DNA from: a virus | Length of the DNA: 64,000 nucleotides | Strand: one strand, 5' to 3' | Virus record (IMG/VR): IMGVR_UViG_3300045988_125866 | Shown: in pieces, positions 35,104 to 44,424 of the stretch | How the letters are laid out: every line of letters starts with the position of its first letter | Position numbering within the stretch: the stretch's first letter is position 1 | Notes under the pieces: model-generated | The model's database searches: none | What the model was told of the DNA's origin: nothing | Seen by the model: the letters and a program-made list of their open reading frames with translations, nothing else | Translations under genes and position numbers: made by a program

Positions 35104-36057
35104 ATGCAGTGGAAACCAAACAGATCAAAACCATTAATAGCAGGTATCCCTCTGAAAAGACCATCACAGGAACAGGTCAACAAGGCTTACATGCTTTTCT
35201 ACTCCATGATAGGAGGTTTCGCCTCTGTGGTCCAGACACAGATTACTGATGTATACAACTATGCGCGACAGGATAAAAAACTGTTCCGAATGGAGGCAAA
35301 AAAGCGGCTTACGGAGGCGAAACGATGTTCTGACGAACTTGTTGAATCTTTCATGTTCTACATGGGCAAGATTGGTATGCAGCAGATATGGCTCGACCTA
35401 ACAGATGCTATCGAGGAGGATATTAGGCCCGATATACAGAAATGCTTTTATGCTCTCGATAACCAGTTCTTGAAGTTCGGTATTAAGCAGCATAAACTCT
35501 ACACCCTAATTCTCATGGCCGAAATTTTATCAAGAATGCTTTGTAAGTCTGTGGATGAGTTCTCGTCTGTTATGCAGAAGAACTACGGCATGACAGCATT
35601 TACCGTTGGCAGCCGGTTCACTATGCCGGTCAAGGGCGTTTATGCAAGGATACGCAACGTGATGGAACTTCTTTATCCTGTTTCTATAGACAACAATGTG
35701 TTTTCGGAATGCAAAGACAAGTTTAATCTTGGCTTCGAGATTATCGGTCTTAAAATTCTTGATTGCCATCGTGCTGGCGAAGCCTTATCCAAGGCATGCG
35801 AACTTAACGGCGTTAATATAACACAAGACGGGTCTGATAAGAAAAATCAGATCGTCAACACCGGCACACCTTGGAATGAGGCTCAGATAAGGGCGCTTAC
35901 TATAGGGTTCCCGGATTCTCCTACAAAAGAAGTCGCACATATTGTAGGCCGCAGCGTTTATGAGGTAAACAAGAAAGCCAAGGAGCTTGGATTGAAAAAA
36001 TCTCCTAAATACCTCAAAGCTATAAGAACAGCAAACCTTAAAAAGAAAACAAAATGA
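35104..36057 (+). CDS. hypothetical protein with C-terminal HTH-like segment (317 aa)
   Basis: In frame with track ORF 34984-36057. Start at MQWKPN. The C-terminus PWNEAQIRALTIGFPDSPTKEVAHIVGRSVYEVNKKAKELGL looks Myb/sigma-region-4-like. Confidence 0.6.
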   Translation: MQWKPNRSKPLIAGIPLKRPSQEQVNKAYMLFYSMIGGFASVVQTQITDVYNYARQDKKLFRMEAKKRLTEAKRCSDELVESFMFYMGKIGMQQIWLDLTDAIEEDIRPDIQKCFYALDNQFLKFGIKQHKLYTLILMAEILSRMLCKSVDEFSSVMQKNYGMTAFTVGSRFTMPVKGVYARIRNVMELLYPVSIDNNVFSECKDKFNLGFEIIGLKILDCHRAGEALSKACELNGVNITQDGSDKKNQIVNTGTPWNEAQIRALTIGFPDSPTKEVAHIVGRSVYEVNKKAKELGLKKSPKYLKAIRTANLKKKTK

Positions 36058-36467
36058 AAAAGATTCCAAAGTTATACACAAAGAATAATAAAGGTCGCTA
36101 CGAGGAATATAAGATTCCCGAATGTGACACATCTGATACATTTTATCAGAAGATAAATGGAAGGTACGAACCCGCATGTATGCTCTTGCATGACTCTCTA
36201 CCAGAGGGCGTGTGGGTAATCACTCGACATCGTTCTTCTACAGAGTATATCAGAGGGGCATACCTTCGTGAGCGCTTCCGTCTTGATAAGGTCTCTGATA
36301 TTGAGCGTTTTCCTCTGTCAAAGATGGGACATATAAACAAGGTGTCTGATCGCATCATGAGTGAATTAAAACTAAGTAATACCGATTCTAAGCCTATGAC
36401 CAATCGCGAACTTGTTGATGCTGTTGTTGGGCTTGTATACAAGATTAACGAGGAGGATAGCTTATGA
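36054..36467 (+). CDS. hypothetical protein (137 aa)
   Basis: ORF track. ATGA overlap with the upstream gene. Confidence 0.6.
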   Translation: MKKIPKLYTKNNKGRYEEYKIPECDTSDTFYQKINGRYEPACMLLHDSLPEGVWVITRHRSSTEYIRGAYLRERFRLDKVSDIERFPLSKMGHINKVSDRIMSELKLSNTDSKPMTNRELVDAVVGLVYKINEEDSL

Positions 36468-36664
36468 TGTCAGAAAAGCAATATCGAGTAGCCAGAAAGG
36501 GTATTGTCGAGCAAATTAAGTTAGCTCAGAAGCTACACTGCGTCAACATTGAAAAGAAGCACAGAGCCGCGTTAAAGAAGTTGGAGCTACGTTTCTTAAA
36601 ACCCGACGCAACGGGTTGTTTTGATTGGGGGGCAAGAGTGTCGAGTAGTCGTTATCATTTATAA
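36464..36664 (+). CDS. hypothetical protein (66 aa)
   Basis: ORF track. Overlapping start. Confidence 0.5.
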   Translation: MMSEKQYRVARKGIVEQIKLAQKLHCVNIEKKHRAALKKLELRFLKPDATGCFDWGARVSSSRYHL

Positions 36665-36676
36665 ATTACCGAGCTT

Positions 36677-37297
36677 ATGGAGAGAAAGATTGGAGAAACC
36701 TTTGAGTACCAAGGTAAGACTTATAAGGTAGCAGAATTTGACGATTGTAGAAATTGCGCATTTATACATATTAATTGTTCTTCTTTAAGGTCTATTACAG
36801 GTAATTGTATGGACTTTTTGAGGAATGATGGCGCTAATGTTAAATTTGAAGAAGTTAAAGATATGGAAATCAAAGATAACAAACTTACTATAAATATCCC
36901 TGATGGGATGGAGATAGACTTACAGAATAGCAACTTTGATACTGGCGTTATCAAGTTCAAGAAGAAAGAATTGACCTATGAAGATATAAAGGCTTCTTTA
37001 AGACTCAATGAAAACATGACAGTTATAGACGTTGCTGACGAAAACGCAAATAGACTTTATGCTATTAATCGACTTATGTGTATAGCTAAGTTCTATAATG
37101 GTAACTGGAAACCTAATTGGAATAGTGTAGAATCTAAATATTGTATTCTATATAGTAATCGTGCCCAATGCTATATAACAGATTATCGTACTTGTTTTGC
37201 TGCCGATACGGTATATTTCAAACGCGAAAAAGATGCTCAGGCTGTCATAGACAGCCCTAACTTCCGAGAAATCTTGGATGCAATTTACAAAGACTAA
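36677..37297 (+). CDS. hypothetical protein (206 aa)
   Basis: ORF track. Confidence 0.6.
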   Translation: MERKIGETFEYQGKTYKVAEFDDCRNCAFIHINCSSLRSITGNCMDFLRNDGANVKFEEVKDMEIKDNKLTINIPDGMEIDLQNSNFDTGVIKFKKKELTYEDIKASLRLNENMTVIDVADENANRLYAINRLMCIAKFYNGNWKPNWNSVESKYCILYSNRAQCYITDYRTCFAADTVYFKREKDAQAVIDSPNFREILDAIYKD

Positions 37298-37308
37298 ACA
37301 ATACGATT

Positions 37309-38310
37309 ATGGAAAAAGAAATTAACATAGCGGAAATCCTGAAGGATAAACCGCAAGGTACTAAATTATATGATTGGCTGTATAATGTAGATGTAGAGTT
37401 AGATACAATCAGCAATACAGATACAGAAACAGTAGTTTGGTGTACAAATAAGACCGATAATAATACTACTTGCCATCGTGGTTATTCCCGAATTGGTACA
37501 GTAAGAGGATGTCCTGATGGTTTACAGATCCTTCTTCCTTCAAAATCAATGCGAGATTGGTCTAAGCTCGCCTGGAAGATAGGTGATTTACTTACCAATG
37601 AATGTGGATTTCAGTGCATTTTCAAAGAATGGGCATCTGATGATTACACGAAGTTCAATGGATGTTATTCTAATAGTAGGGATGGTTATGAAGATGTGTT
37701 AAATACCGAAACCGCTAAGTTTGAGAAGTTAGATGACAATATTGCACATGATTATATCAAAGAAATTGAAAGAAAATTGGGTGGTAAGCTTAACCTTGAG
37801 ACTTTGGAGATTGAAAAGCAGCCTGAGTTCAAGGATGGGGATATACTTAGCATCCAAGAAGATGAAGAATATTATCATACAATTTTAATCTTCAAAGGAG
37901 GTGCAGATGTCTATGTGTATTTTGATTGTTTTCATAGGGTTTTAACCTATGGTACAAAAGTAGATGGAAACGAGAAATCTATATATCACCTTGCTACAGA
38001 AGAAGAGAAACAACAACTCTTTACCGCTCTTGCAAAGGAAGGCAAGGCTTGGGATGCTGAGAAGAAACAGATTGTTGATTTGAAGCCAAAGTGGACTCCA
38101 AAGCCATTTGACAGATGTATTTGGAAGATACGGAATTGTGAAGGCTCTATATGGCAAGCAAGTTTCGTTTCTTATGTTGATGAGTATGGTGCTACTCCAA
38201 TGGGTATGTCTATAGATGAAGATTTGGTTAACTTAATTATCCTTCCTTATAACGACCAGACTAAGCTCATCGTGGGTACTACAGATGAAGGGGAAGGAGG
38301 TGAGCAATGA
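37309..38310 (+). CDS. hypothetical protein (333 aa)
   Basis: ORF track. Confidence 0.6.
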   Translation: MEKEINIAEILKDKPQGTKLYDWLYNVDVELDTISNTDTETVVWCTNKTDNNTTCHRGYSRIGTVRGCPDGLQILLPSKSMRDWSKLAWKIGDLLTNECGFQCIFKEWASDDYTKFNGCYSNSRDGYEDVLNTETAKFEKLDDNIAHDYIKEIERKLGGKLNLETLEIEKQPEFKDGDILSIQEDEEYYHTILIFKGGADVYVYFDCFHRVLTYGTKVDGNEKSIYHLATEEEKQQLFTALAKEGKAWDAEKKQIVDLKPKWTPKPFDRCIWKIRNCEGSIWQASFVSYVDEYGATPMGMSIDEDLVNLIILPYNDQTKLIVGTTDEGEGGEQ

Positions 38311-38639
38311 AAGAACTTAAAGTTGGAGAAAGAATAATTTTGGAGGTGGTTGAAGCAACAAGTTTTTCTTGCCAAGACTGCTTCTTCGCAAAGGAAGGGT
38401 ATGCTTGCCCAGACTACTGCTATAACCGCTTAGACGGCAAGAATGTAATCTTTAAAGAAGTTAAGGTTCAAAAAAGAAAAATGAAAGAAGACAAATATTC
38501 ATTAAAGATAAGCCGTAACTCTGGTGATACTACTCTTGATGGTTATCCAATAGCTACATATTCAAATGATGAATTGAAAATCCTAAAAAGACTGCTTACA
38601 AAGGTTTTGGGTGAAGTAAATGAATATATAAAAGAATAA
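38307..38639 (+). CDS. hypothetical protein (110 aa)
   Basis: ORF track. ATGA overlap. Confidence 0.6.
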   Translation: MKELKVGERIILEVVEATSFSCQDCFFAKEGYACPDYCYNRLDGKNVIFKEVKVQKRKMKEDKYSLKISRNSGDTTLDGYPIATYSNDELKILKRLLTKVLGEVNEYIKE

Positions 38640-38641
38640 GC

Positions 38642-38974
38642 ATGAATAAAATGGCATTTGGTAAATATAAAGGACAGAATGTTACAAGTGTTCTAAGAAA
38701 TAACCCATGTTATTTTGAATGGTGTAAAAATAATGTTCATTGGTTCAAATTCTCTAAAAGAGATTATGAAATATACTTAGAATGGCTGCGAATACATCAA
38801 AATCATTTACAATTTACAGGATATGCAGATAATGAGAAAATTATGGAATTCCTTTTTGAAAAAGTAAAAGAAGGTAAGTTTAATACTTACTCTGATACAG
38901 AATATCTTACTAAAGAGACGTGTAGTGAATATCTAAAAAGTACAAAAGAACATTATTTTAGCAAACGTGTTTAA
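38642..38974 (+). CDS. DUF3820-like protein (110 aa)
   Basis: MAFGKYKGQNVTSVLRNNPCYFEWC resembles the FGKYKG...YL.W motif recalled for DUF3820. Weak call. Confidence 0.45.
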   Translation: MNKMAFGKYKGQNVTSVLRNNPCYFEWCKNNVHWFKFSKRDYEIYLEWLRIHQNHLQFTGYADNEKIMEFLFEKVKEGKFNTYSDTEYLTKETCSEYLKSTKEHYFSKRV

Positions 38975-39001
38975 CCGCCTTCGGGCATAAATATATAGAT
39001 T

Positions 39002-39307
39002 ATGACAAAAGAAGACTTAGATGAAAAAGTAGAGGAACAACAAAGTATTATTGAACATGCAGAAAATCAGATTTGTTCCTATGTAACACAATACATTGAA
39101 ACCCTTCCATACAAGGTAGGCGACAAAGTAAGCTGCCGCAGATGTGATGTATGCTGGATAGCAAGTATTGTTCCTGAGAAATATAGAAACCATTTCACTG
39201 GCAATATTGAGGTAAGAGTCAATCCTGCAAAGAAAGATGGTACTCGCTCTAATAGAGAGTTCGTACTTTACTATGGAGAAATTGATAGTATCAATAAAAT
39301 TAACTAA
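39002..39307 (+). CDS. hypothetical protein (101 aa)
   Basis: ORF track. Confidence 0.6.
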   Translation: MTKEDLDEKVEEQQSIIEHAENQICSYVTQYIETLPYKVGDKVSCRRCDVCWIASIVPEKYRNHFTGNIEVRVNPAKKDGTRSNREFVLYYGEIDSINKIN

Positions 39308-39338
39308 CCATCCTGCAAAGGATATAAATAGATAGAAT

Positions 39339-40271
39339 ATGAGTAAAAAAGTAATCAAATCGTACAAGGCATTCGACAAGAATATGCAATGCCGAGGATT
39401 CCAGTACGAAGTTGGAAAAGAGTATGAAATGGACGGAGAAATCAAGTGTTGTAAACGAGGTTTCCATGCTTGCAAGTCTCCTTTGGAAGTATGGGACCAC
39501 TACGATATGCTTAGCTCTCGCTTTGCAGAGGTAGAGCAATCTGGTAAGATTGAGGAAGAAGGAAATTCAACAAAGGTTTGTTCTTCACATATCAAGATTA
39601 AGGCTGAGTTGAAGCTGGCAGACATCATTAAGATCGGTGTCGAGTGGTTGAAAGATATTACCTCACCGTCAAAGGTTAAGACAGATATTGCGAAGAATGA
39701 TAACGGAGGCGACTCTGCTAAGATTGGCTCATCAGGCTACTCTGCTAAGATTGGCTCATCAGGCGACTTTGCTAAGATTGGCTCATCAGGCGACTCTGCT
39801 AAGATTGGCTCATCAGGCTACTATGCTCAGATTGGCTCATCAGGCGACTATGCTAAGATTGGCTCATCAGGCGACTCTGCTCAGATTGGCTCATCAGGCG
39901 ACTCTGCTAAGATTGGCTCATCAGGCGACTATGCTAAGATTGGCTCATCAGGCTACTATGCTCAGATTGGCTCATCAGGCGACTCTGCTAAGATTGGCTC
40001 ATCAGGCGACTATGCTCAGATTGGCTCATCAGGCGACTCTGCTAAGATTAATAGCACTGGAGAAGATTCTGTTATCATGTGTGCTGGCAATAAATCCAGA
40101 GCGAAAGCAAAGGTTGGCTCATGGATAACGCTTGCAGAATGGGAATGGAATGACGAGAAGAACCATTATGTTCCAGTGTGCGTTAAGACAGAGTACGTTG
40201 ATGGAAATAATATCAAGGCTGATACTTGGTATCAACTCAAAAACGGAGAATTCGTTGAAGTAACTAAGTAA
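39339..40271 (+). CDS. repeat protein: conserved Cys-rich N-terminal domain plus 13 x 9-aa (SGDSAKIGS) solenoid-like repeats (310 aa)
   Basis: The N-terminus KAFDKNMQCRGFQYEVGKEYEMDGEIKCCKRGFHACKSPLEVWDHY resembles a phage domain I recall as DUF7666. The centre is encoded by the 27-bp tandem array. Confidence 0.7.
   Translation: MSKKVIKSYKAFDKNMQCRGFQYEVGKEYEMDGEIKCCKRGFHACKSPLEVWDHYDMLSSRFAEVEQSGKIEEEGNSTKVCSSHIKIKAELKLADIIKIGVEWLKDITSPSKVKTDIAKNDNGGDSAKIGSSGYSAKIGSSGDFAKIGSSGDSAKIGSSGYYAQIGSSGDYAKIGSSGDSAQIGSSGDSAKIGSSGDYAKIGSSGYYAQIGSSGDSAKIGSSGDYAQIGSSGDSAKINSTGEDSVIMCAGNKSRAKAKVGSWITLAEWEWNDEKNHYVPVCVKTEYVDGNNIKADTWYQLKNGEFVEVTK
39711..40034 (+). repeat. tandem repeat, 27-bp unit x 12 (plus a partial 13th copy to about 40050), in frame within CDS 39339-40271
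   Basis: Unit gaCTcTGCTaAGATTGGCTCATCAGGC. Copies differ at only 1-3 positions (g/t at position 1; c/a/t at position 5; a/c at position 10). Confidence 0.95.
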
Positions 40272-40317
40272 CTAACCACCCTCTCCTGTAAAAGGGAGAG
40301 GGTAAAAAGAAGAGGAT

Positions 40318-40785
40318 ATGAAGAAAAGGATATTAGATATGTGCTGCGGCTCACGTATGTTTTATTTCGACAAGCAAGACCCCAATGTACTTTTCGCAGA
40401 TATAAGAGAAGTTCATGATACTTTGTGTGATGGCAGGAAATTGGATGTGATGCCCGATATAATTGCCGATTGCACTAATTTGCCATTTGAAGATGAAGCA
40501 TTTGATATGGTAGTTTTTGACCCTCCTCATCTGTTAAAAGTAGGTCAGAACTCCTGGCTATGCAAGAAATATGGTAAGCTGCCCGAAAACTGGCAAGCAT
40601 TCATCAACGACTCAATCCACGAAGGTATGAGAGTACTAAAAACAAATGGAACGCTAATATTCAAGTGGAACGAAAATCAGATAAAGGTTCACGACATACT
40701 CAATGCGATTACTGATTATAAGCCGATATTCGGGCATCGCACTACGTCTAAGAATCAAACTGTTTGGATGGCGTTCTTAAAGTAA
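40318..40785 (+). CDS. small SAM-dependent DNA methyltransferase (N6A/N4C type), 155 aa
   Basis: Motif I ILDMCCGSRMF and motif IV VVFDPPH (DPPH). Domain order and size fit minimal phage MTases. Confidence 0.7.
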   Translation: MKKRILDMCCGSRMFYFDKQDPNVLFADIREVHDTLCDGRKLDVMPDIIADCTNLPFEDEAFDMVVFDPPHLLKVGQNSWLCKKYGKLPENWQAFINDSIHEGMRVLKTNGTLIFKWNENQIKVHDILNAITDYKPIFGHRTTSKNQTVWMAFLK

Positions 40786-40817
40786 TTATAATAATACAAA
40801 GAGCTGGAGGATTGATT

Positions 40818-41222
40818 ATGACAAGAGAAGAAGTGAAACAGCTATTGCCTATTTGGGTAGCTTTTGCCGAAGGAAAGGTAATTGAGTGTAGGGCAAAACC
40901 AGGAACTATAAGCGCCGGTATTCCGAATGAATGGACCGAAATGAAAGAAATTGGTTTTTGGAATGGTATAGAGTATCGTATCAAGCCAGAGTCAAAGTAT
41001 CGTCCATTCAAGAACGCAGAAGAGTGTTGGCTGGAAATGCTGAAGCATCAACCTTTTGGATATACGTATGATAGGTTTAATAATATAAGAGATTGTATCA
41101 CAAAGGTGGCTACTACTGGTGTTTCGTACGATTCGCCAACTGTTGTTATATCTTTCGAAGAGGTTTTCGATAGATTTGTTTTTGCTGACGGAGTTCCTTT
41201 TGGCGTAAAAGTGGAGGAATAA
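40818..41222 (+). CDS. hypothetical protein (134 aa)
   Basis: In frame with track ORF 40764-41222. Start at the ATG after ggaggattgatt. Confidence 0.55.
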   Translation: MTREEVKQLLPIWVAFAEGKVIECRAKPGTISAGIPNEWTEMKEIGFWNGIEYRIKPESKYRPFKNAEECWLEMLKHQPFGYTYDRFNNIRDCITKVATTGVSYDSPTVVISFEEVFDRFVFADGVPFGVKVEE

Positions 41223-41271
41223 TATAGCTTGGTGTTTTTGCGATAAGACCGAGATTAAAACCAAAAAAATT

Positions 41272-42081
41272 ATGGAAGAATCTTTAGCTAAAAAAATAGA
41301 TGCTGCGATAAAATTGCTTCAATCAACATGCAAAAATGAAGTCGTTGAGCTTTGCTATTCGGGGGGAAAAGACTCTGATGTGATACTTATGCTCGCAAAA
41401 TTGGCTGGTATTAAATATCGTGCTATATATAGATGTACTACCATAGACCCTCCTGGAACCATTGCGCATTGCATCGAAAATAATGTTGAAATAATTAGAC
41501 CTTCAAAATCTTTTTTGAATCTTATAAGAGAAAAAGGATTTCCAACCCGAAGGGTAAGATTTTGTTGCGAGAAACTGAAAGAATACAAAATTTTAGATAG
41601 GGCAATACAAGGCATAAGAAGATGTGAAAGTTATAAAAGAGCAAAAAATTACAAAGAGCCTACAATATGCAGAATATATGGTTCTAAGAAAAATTGCGTT
41701 GAAGTTATATTGCCAATATTAAATTTTTCAGATAAAGATATTGAAAACTTTATAATTGAATACAAGATTAAATTGCATCCATTATATTACAATGCCGATG
41801 GAAGCTTAAATATAAAAAAAAGATTAGGTTGTATGGGTTGCCCATTAGCTTCTGATAAAGGATTGTCAGATTTCAAAAGCTATCCTTTGCTTGTTAAAGC
41901 ATGGATAAGAAATGGGTTAATTTGGTGGAATAACCATCCTAAAGCAGCTTGTCATAAGAAATACGAATCTATATACGAACTTTTCGTGTCTAACGTATTT
42001 TTTAAATCGTTGGCAGAAACAAAACTTGCTATAGATGGTGGTTTATTCGGAGAAAAAAATAGACTGCAAGAAATTTCTTGA
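41272..42081 (+). CDS. PAPS-reductase-family PP-loop protein (269 aa)
   Basis: PP-loop CYSGGKDSDVIL. Cys-rich C-terminal part (RLGCMGCPL). This region has a lower GC than its neighbours. Confidence 0.65.
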   Translation: MEESLAKKIDAAIKLLQSTCKNEVVELCYSGGKDSDVILMLAKLAGIKYRAIYRCTTIDPPGTIAHCIENNVEIIRPSKSFLNLIREKGFPTRRVRFCCEKLKEYKILDRAIQGIRRCESYKRAKNYKEPTICRIYGSKKNCVEVILPILNFSDKDIENFIIEYKIKLHPLYYNADGSLNIKKRLGCMGCPLASDKGLSDFKSYPLLVKAWIRNGLIWWNNHPKAACHKKYESIYELFVSNVFFKSLAETKLAIDGGLFGEKNRLQEIS

Positions 42082-42110
42082 AGATTATTTTAATATTAAA
42101 TTTGAATAGT

Positions 42111-42206
42111 ATGGCGTATTGTTTGTGTGATTTTTGCGATTACAAGGATAAGTGTAAGTACTATCGAAAGGTAGTTGTTTGTCCTTATTTGAAAGAGGAG
42201 GAATAG
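42111..42206 (+). CDS. Cys-rich microprotein (31 aa), not in ORF track
   Basis: MAYCLCDFCDYKDKCKYYRKVVVCPYLKEEE. Confidence 0.35.
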   Translation: MAYCLCDFCDYKDKCKYYRKVVVCPYLKEEE

Positions 42207-42209
42207 TAT

Positions 42210-42395
42210 ATGAACCAAGAATATATAATACACAAAGAGCTGAAAGATATGCTTGTATATTGGTTTGAGGACATTGAGGAACTTAGTAGTAAGCTAACAA
42301 GTGGAAATGTTTCTCATCAAGGAGCAACTATTAGAAACAAGGCTATAAGATGTTCTAAGTTTATCAAGGAGTTTTGTAAAACTAAGGAGGATTAG
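42210..42395 (+). CDS. hypothetical protein (61 aa)
   Basis: ORF track. Confidence 0.5.
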   Translation: MNQEYIIHKELKDMLVYWFEDIEELSSKLTSGNVSHQGATIRNKAIRCSKFIKEFCKTKED

Positions 42396-42397
42396 TT

Positions 42398-42598
42398 ATG
42401 GCATGGGTAGCAGTTAATAGGTATGGTGACGAATACATCTATGAAGCAATGCCAGAACGTTTTTATTGTGTATGGGCGCCAACATTTTGTGAATACGAAA
42501 ATAGAGTGTACGACTACGTAGAACTTCCCAAAGGCAGCATTAAGAAGCTCATCGGAAGAGAATTATCCTGGAACGATGAGCCAGTAGAACTTAAATAA
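42398..42598 (+). CDS. hypothetical protein (66 aa)
   Basis: ORF track. aggaggatt upstream. Confidence 0.55.
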   Translation: MAWVAVNRYGDEYIYEAMPERFYCVWAPTFCEYENRVYDYVELPKGSIKKLIGRELSWNDEPVELK

Positions 42599-42607
42599 TT
42601 ATAGCTT

Positions 42608-42748
42608 ATGAAAAGTATATTCTCTATGTTTGCTTATTGGGATAGGGTACATCAATTCCAAGACGGACATATCAAAGTGGAAAGAAACCTTGCTTGGAGA
42701 AGAAAGTATCTTCATGTTCGTAATAGTAATAAACAATTAATCTTTTAG
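42608..42748 (+). CDS. hypothetical small protein (46 aa), not in ORF track
   Basis: MKSIFSMFAYWDRVHQFQDGHIKVERNLAWRRKYLHVRNSNKQLIF. Fills the gap. The stop lies in a TAGTGTATG coupling motif. Confidence 0.4.
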   Translation: MKSIFSMFAYWDRVHQFQDGHIKVERNLAWRRKYLHVRNSNKQLIF

Positions 42749-42751
42749 TGT

Positions 42752-42928
42752 ATGAAAGAAGAAACAAGAAAAGTTGTAGTTCTCGATTGGGAAGATAAAA
42801 TCAAGCTACAACAAGTTATCAAGGACTTGGAACAAGTTGCTGATACCTATCAAAGCCCCTGCAAGGAGCTTACTGGTATCAACAATACACTTTACTATCT
42901 CAAAACGATTGAGGAGAAAATTAATTAG
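42752..42928 (+). CDS. hypothetical small protein (58 aa), not in ORF track
   Basis: MKEETRKVVVLDWEDKIKLQQVIKDLEQVADTYQSPCKELTGINNTLYYLKTIEEKIN. TAGTGTATG coupling motifs at both ends. Confidence 0.5.
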   Translation: MKEETRKVVVLDWEDKIKLQQVIKDLEQVADTYQSPCKELTGINNTLYYLKTIEEKIN

Positions 42929-42931
42929 TGT

Positions 42932-43288
42932 ATGGAAAGACAAATAACAATTAGCATAGAAGAGTATAATAAGCTCATTGATATGCACACAAAAAGAGAG
43001 GAACTTCCCAAAAAGATAGAAGTAAAGAAGTATACCTCAAAGTGGTGGAGATGTATTAAACATGCATCGTATTCACTCTTTCATTATAACAAGAATGTGG
43101 AGCAACAAAAGCTCATCAAGTATTGCATCAATGAAATGTCAAGAGTAATACTCGCTAATCTGTATGGTTATTGGCGAGGCGATTTATCTGATTATCTCAA
43201 AAATAGAGACAATTTAGAGTATTTTATGAGAAGTTATAAAGATAGTGCCTATCATAACATAATGGAATGGTTAGATAAAAAGAAGTAG
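42932..43288 (+). CDS. hypothetical protein (118 aa)
   Basis: ORF track. Confidence 0.6.
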   Translation: MERQITISIEEYNKLIDMHTKREELPKKIEVKKYTSKWWRCIKHASYSLFHYNKNVEQQKLIKYCINEMSRVILANLYGYWRGDLSDYLKNRDNLEYFMRSYKDSAYHNIMEWLDKKK

Positions 43289-43291
43289 CGT

Positions 43292-43465
43292 ATGAAGAAG
43301 ATAAGTTTTAATCTCAAATATCTTATAACCAAATACGATTGGTGCATTTATTTCATTCCAAGTTTAATCGTATGGAAGCCTTATAGTGGTGTTTATGAAA
43401 TTAATGTAGCCTTTCTGCTTTGGGAGTTTAATATTAAATATCAATTAAAAAGAAATAAGAAATGA
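43292..43465 (+). CDS. hypothetical small protein (57 aa), not in ORF track
   Basis: MKKISFNLKYLITKYDWCIYFIPSLIVWKPYSGVYEINVAFLLWEFNIKYQLKRNKK. TAGCGTATG start context. ATGA overlap downstream. Confidence 0.45.
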   Translation: MKKISFNLKYLITKYDWCIYFIPSLIVWKPYSGVYEINVAFLLWEFNIKYQLKRNKK

Positions 43466-43656
43466 AGAAGGAAATATTTGACTTCTCAGAGGCTTTAAAG
43501 CGTATGAGAAAAGGAAAGCTCGTAAAGCGTGAAAATGGGCTTTATCCGTTTGGTATTGACGAGGAAGGAATATTCTATCATTATGGGCATCATATATTCA
43601 AGGAAGAAAGAATGCTCTCAGAGGATATACTTGCAACAGACTGGGAGGAGGTGTAA
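43462..43656 (+). CDS. DUF2829-like small protein (64 aa); this family includes the anti-Thoeris sponge Tad2
   Basis: FDFSEALKRMRKGKLVKRENG resembles the F-x-x-A-l-x-a-l-K-x-G-K-x-v-x-R opening of DUF2829 proteins. Short and divergent; call from memory. Confidence 0.35.
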   Translation: MKKEIFDFSEALKRMRKGKLVKRENGLYPFGIDEEGIFYHYGHHIFKEERMLSEDILATDWEEV

Positions 43657-43658
43657 AG

Positions 43659-44036
43659 ATGGAGAAGAAAACATTGACCCTCAACGTCAGCAAGCAATGG
43701 TTCGATATGATAGTATCGGGCGAAAAGACCGAGGAATATCGAGTTATTAAGCCATATTGGGTAGTACGATTTTTCCAAAATAACAACAATACTGTTGACG
43801 TGAAAGATTTAGCTTCGTGTTTGGCTGGGAGAACAGATTTGCTTAAAGGATATATTAATACGCAAAGAATTATATTGAAGCCATATACCCACGTTCTCTT
43901 CGTAAAAGGCTATCCGAAAGGTAATAAGCCGTCCGTTGAGAAGGAGATTGATAGTATATCAATCGGTAAGCCGAAGAGGGGTTTATGTCCTGATAAGTGG
44001 CTTGATACAGAGTTTTTCATAATTAAGTTTAAGTAG
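43659..44036 (+). CDS. ASCH-domain protein (125 aa)
   Basis: LNVSKQWFDMIVSGEKTEEYRVIKPYW fits the ASCH/PUA-like opening (f..i..G.Kt.E.R). Confidence 0.55.
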   Translation: MEKKTLTLNVSKQWFDMIVSGEKTEEYRVIKPYWVVRFFQNNNNTVDVKDLASCLAGRTDLLKGYINTQRIILKPYTHVLFVKGYPKGNKPSVEKEIDSISIGKPKRGLCPDKWLDTEFFIIKFK

Positions 44037-44039
44037 CGT

Positions 44040-44276
44040 ATGACAAATAAAGAATTTTTTAATGCGCATTGTGGAGAGCCTGTTCTTTATAAAGGTAAGG
44101 ACATTGGCGCATACGTGGCAGGGTATATAGAAGAAAAGTATATCATCTTAGGTTTTGATGATTATACAGGCTGCATTCAGTTCTTCACATCTAAAGTGCA
44201 TAAAACGCTTGGTGGAATATATAACTCATACCGATTCGCAAAATTGAAGTATTTGGAAGTGATAAAACATCGGTAA
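44040..44276 (+). CDS. hypothetical protein (78 aa)
   Basis: ORF track. TAGCGTATG start context. Confidence 0.55.
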   Translation: MTNKEFFNAHCGEPVLYKGKDIGAYVAGYIEEKYIILGFDDYTGCIQFFTSKVHKTLGGIYNSYRFAKLKYLEVIKHR

Positions 44277-44424
44277 TATGGAAAAATAAGAAAAATGTTG
44301 CGGCAACTGCCTTTGGATGGGATGCGAAGACATCTTAGGCAATGGATGGTGCTCCAAAAAAGATTGCGAAACATCTTGTGATAAGGTTTGCAAGAAACAT
44401 GAATTTTAAACTTTAAATATTAAA

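Noticed and set aside
39688-40128. ORF encoding (LLRLAHQAT)n
   Set aside because: It is an alternative frame of the 27-bp tandem repeat. The main frame is continuous with conserved N- and C-terminal domains.
44279-44410. Cys-rich reading frame (CCGNCLWMGCEDILGNGWCSKKDCETSCDKVCKKHEF) between 44276 and 44425
   Set aside because: There is no in-frame start codon after the preceding stop except a late internal ATG. It is possibly a degraded or frameshift-dependent microgene, but it is not supportable as annotated CDS.
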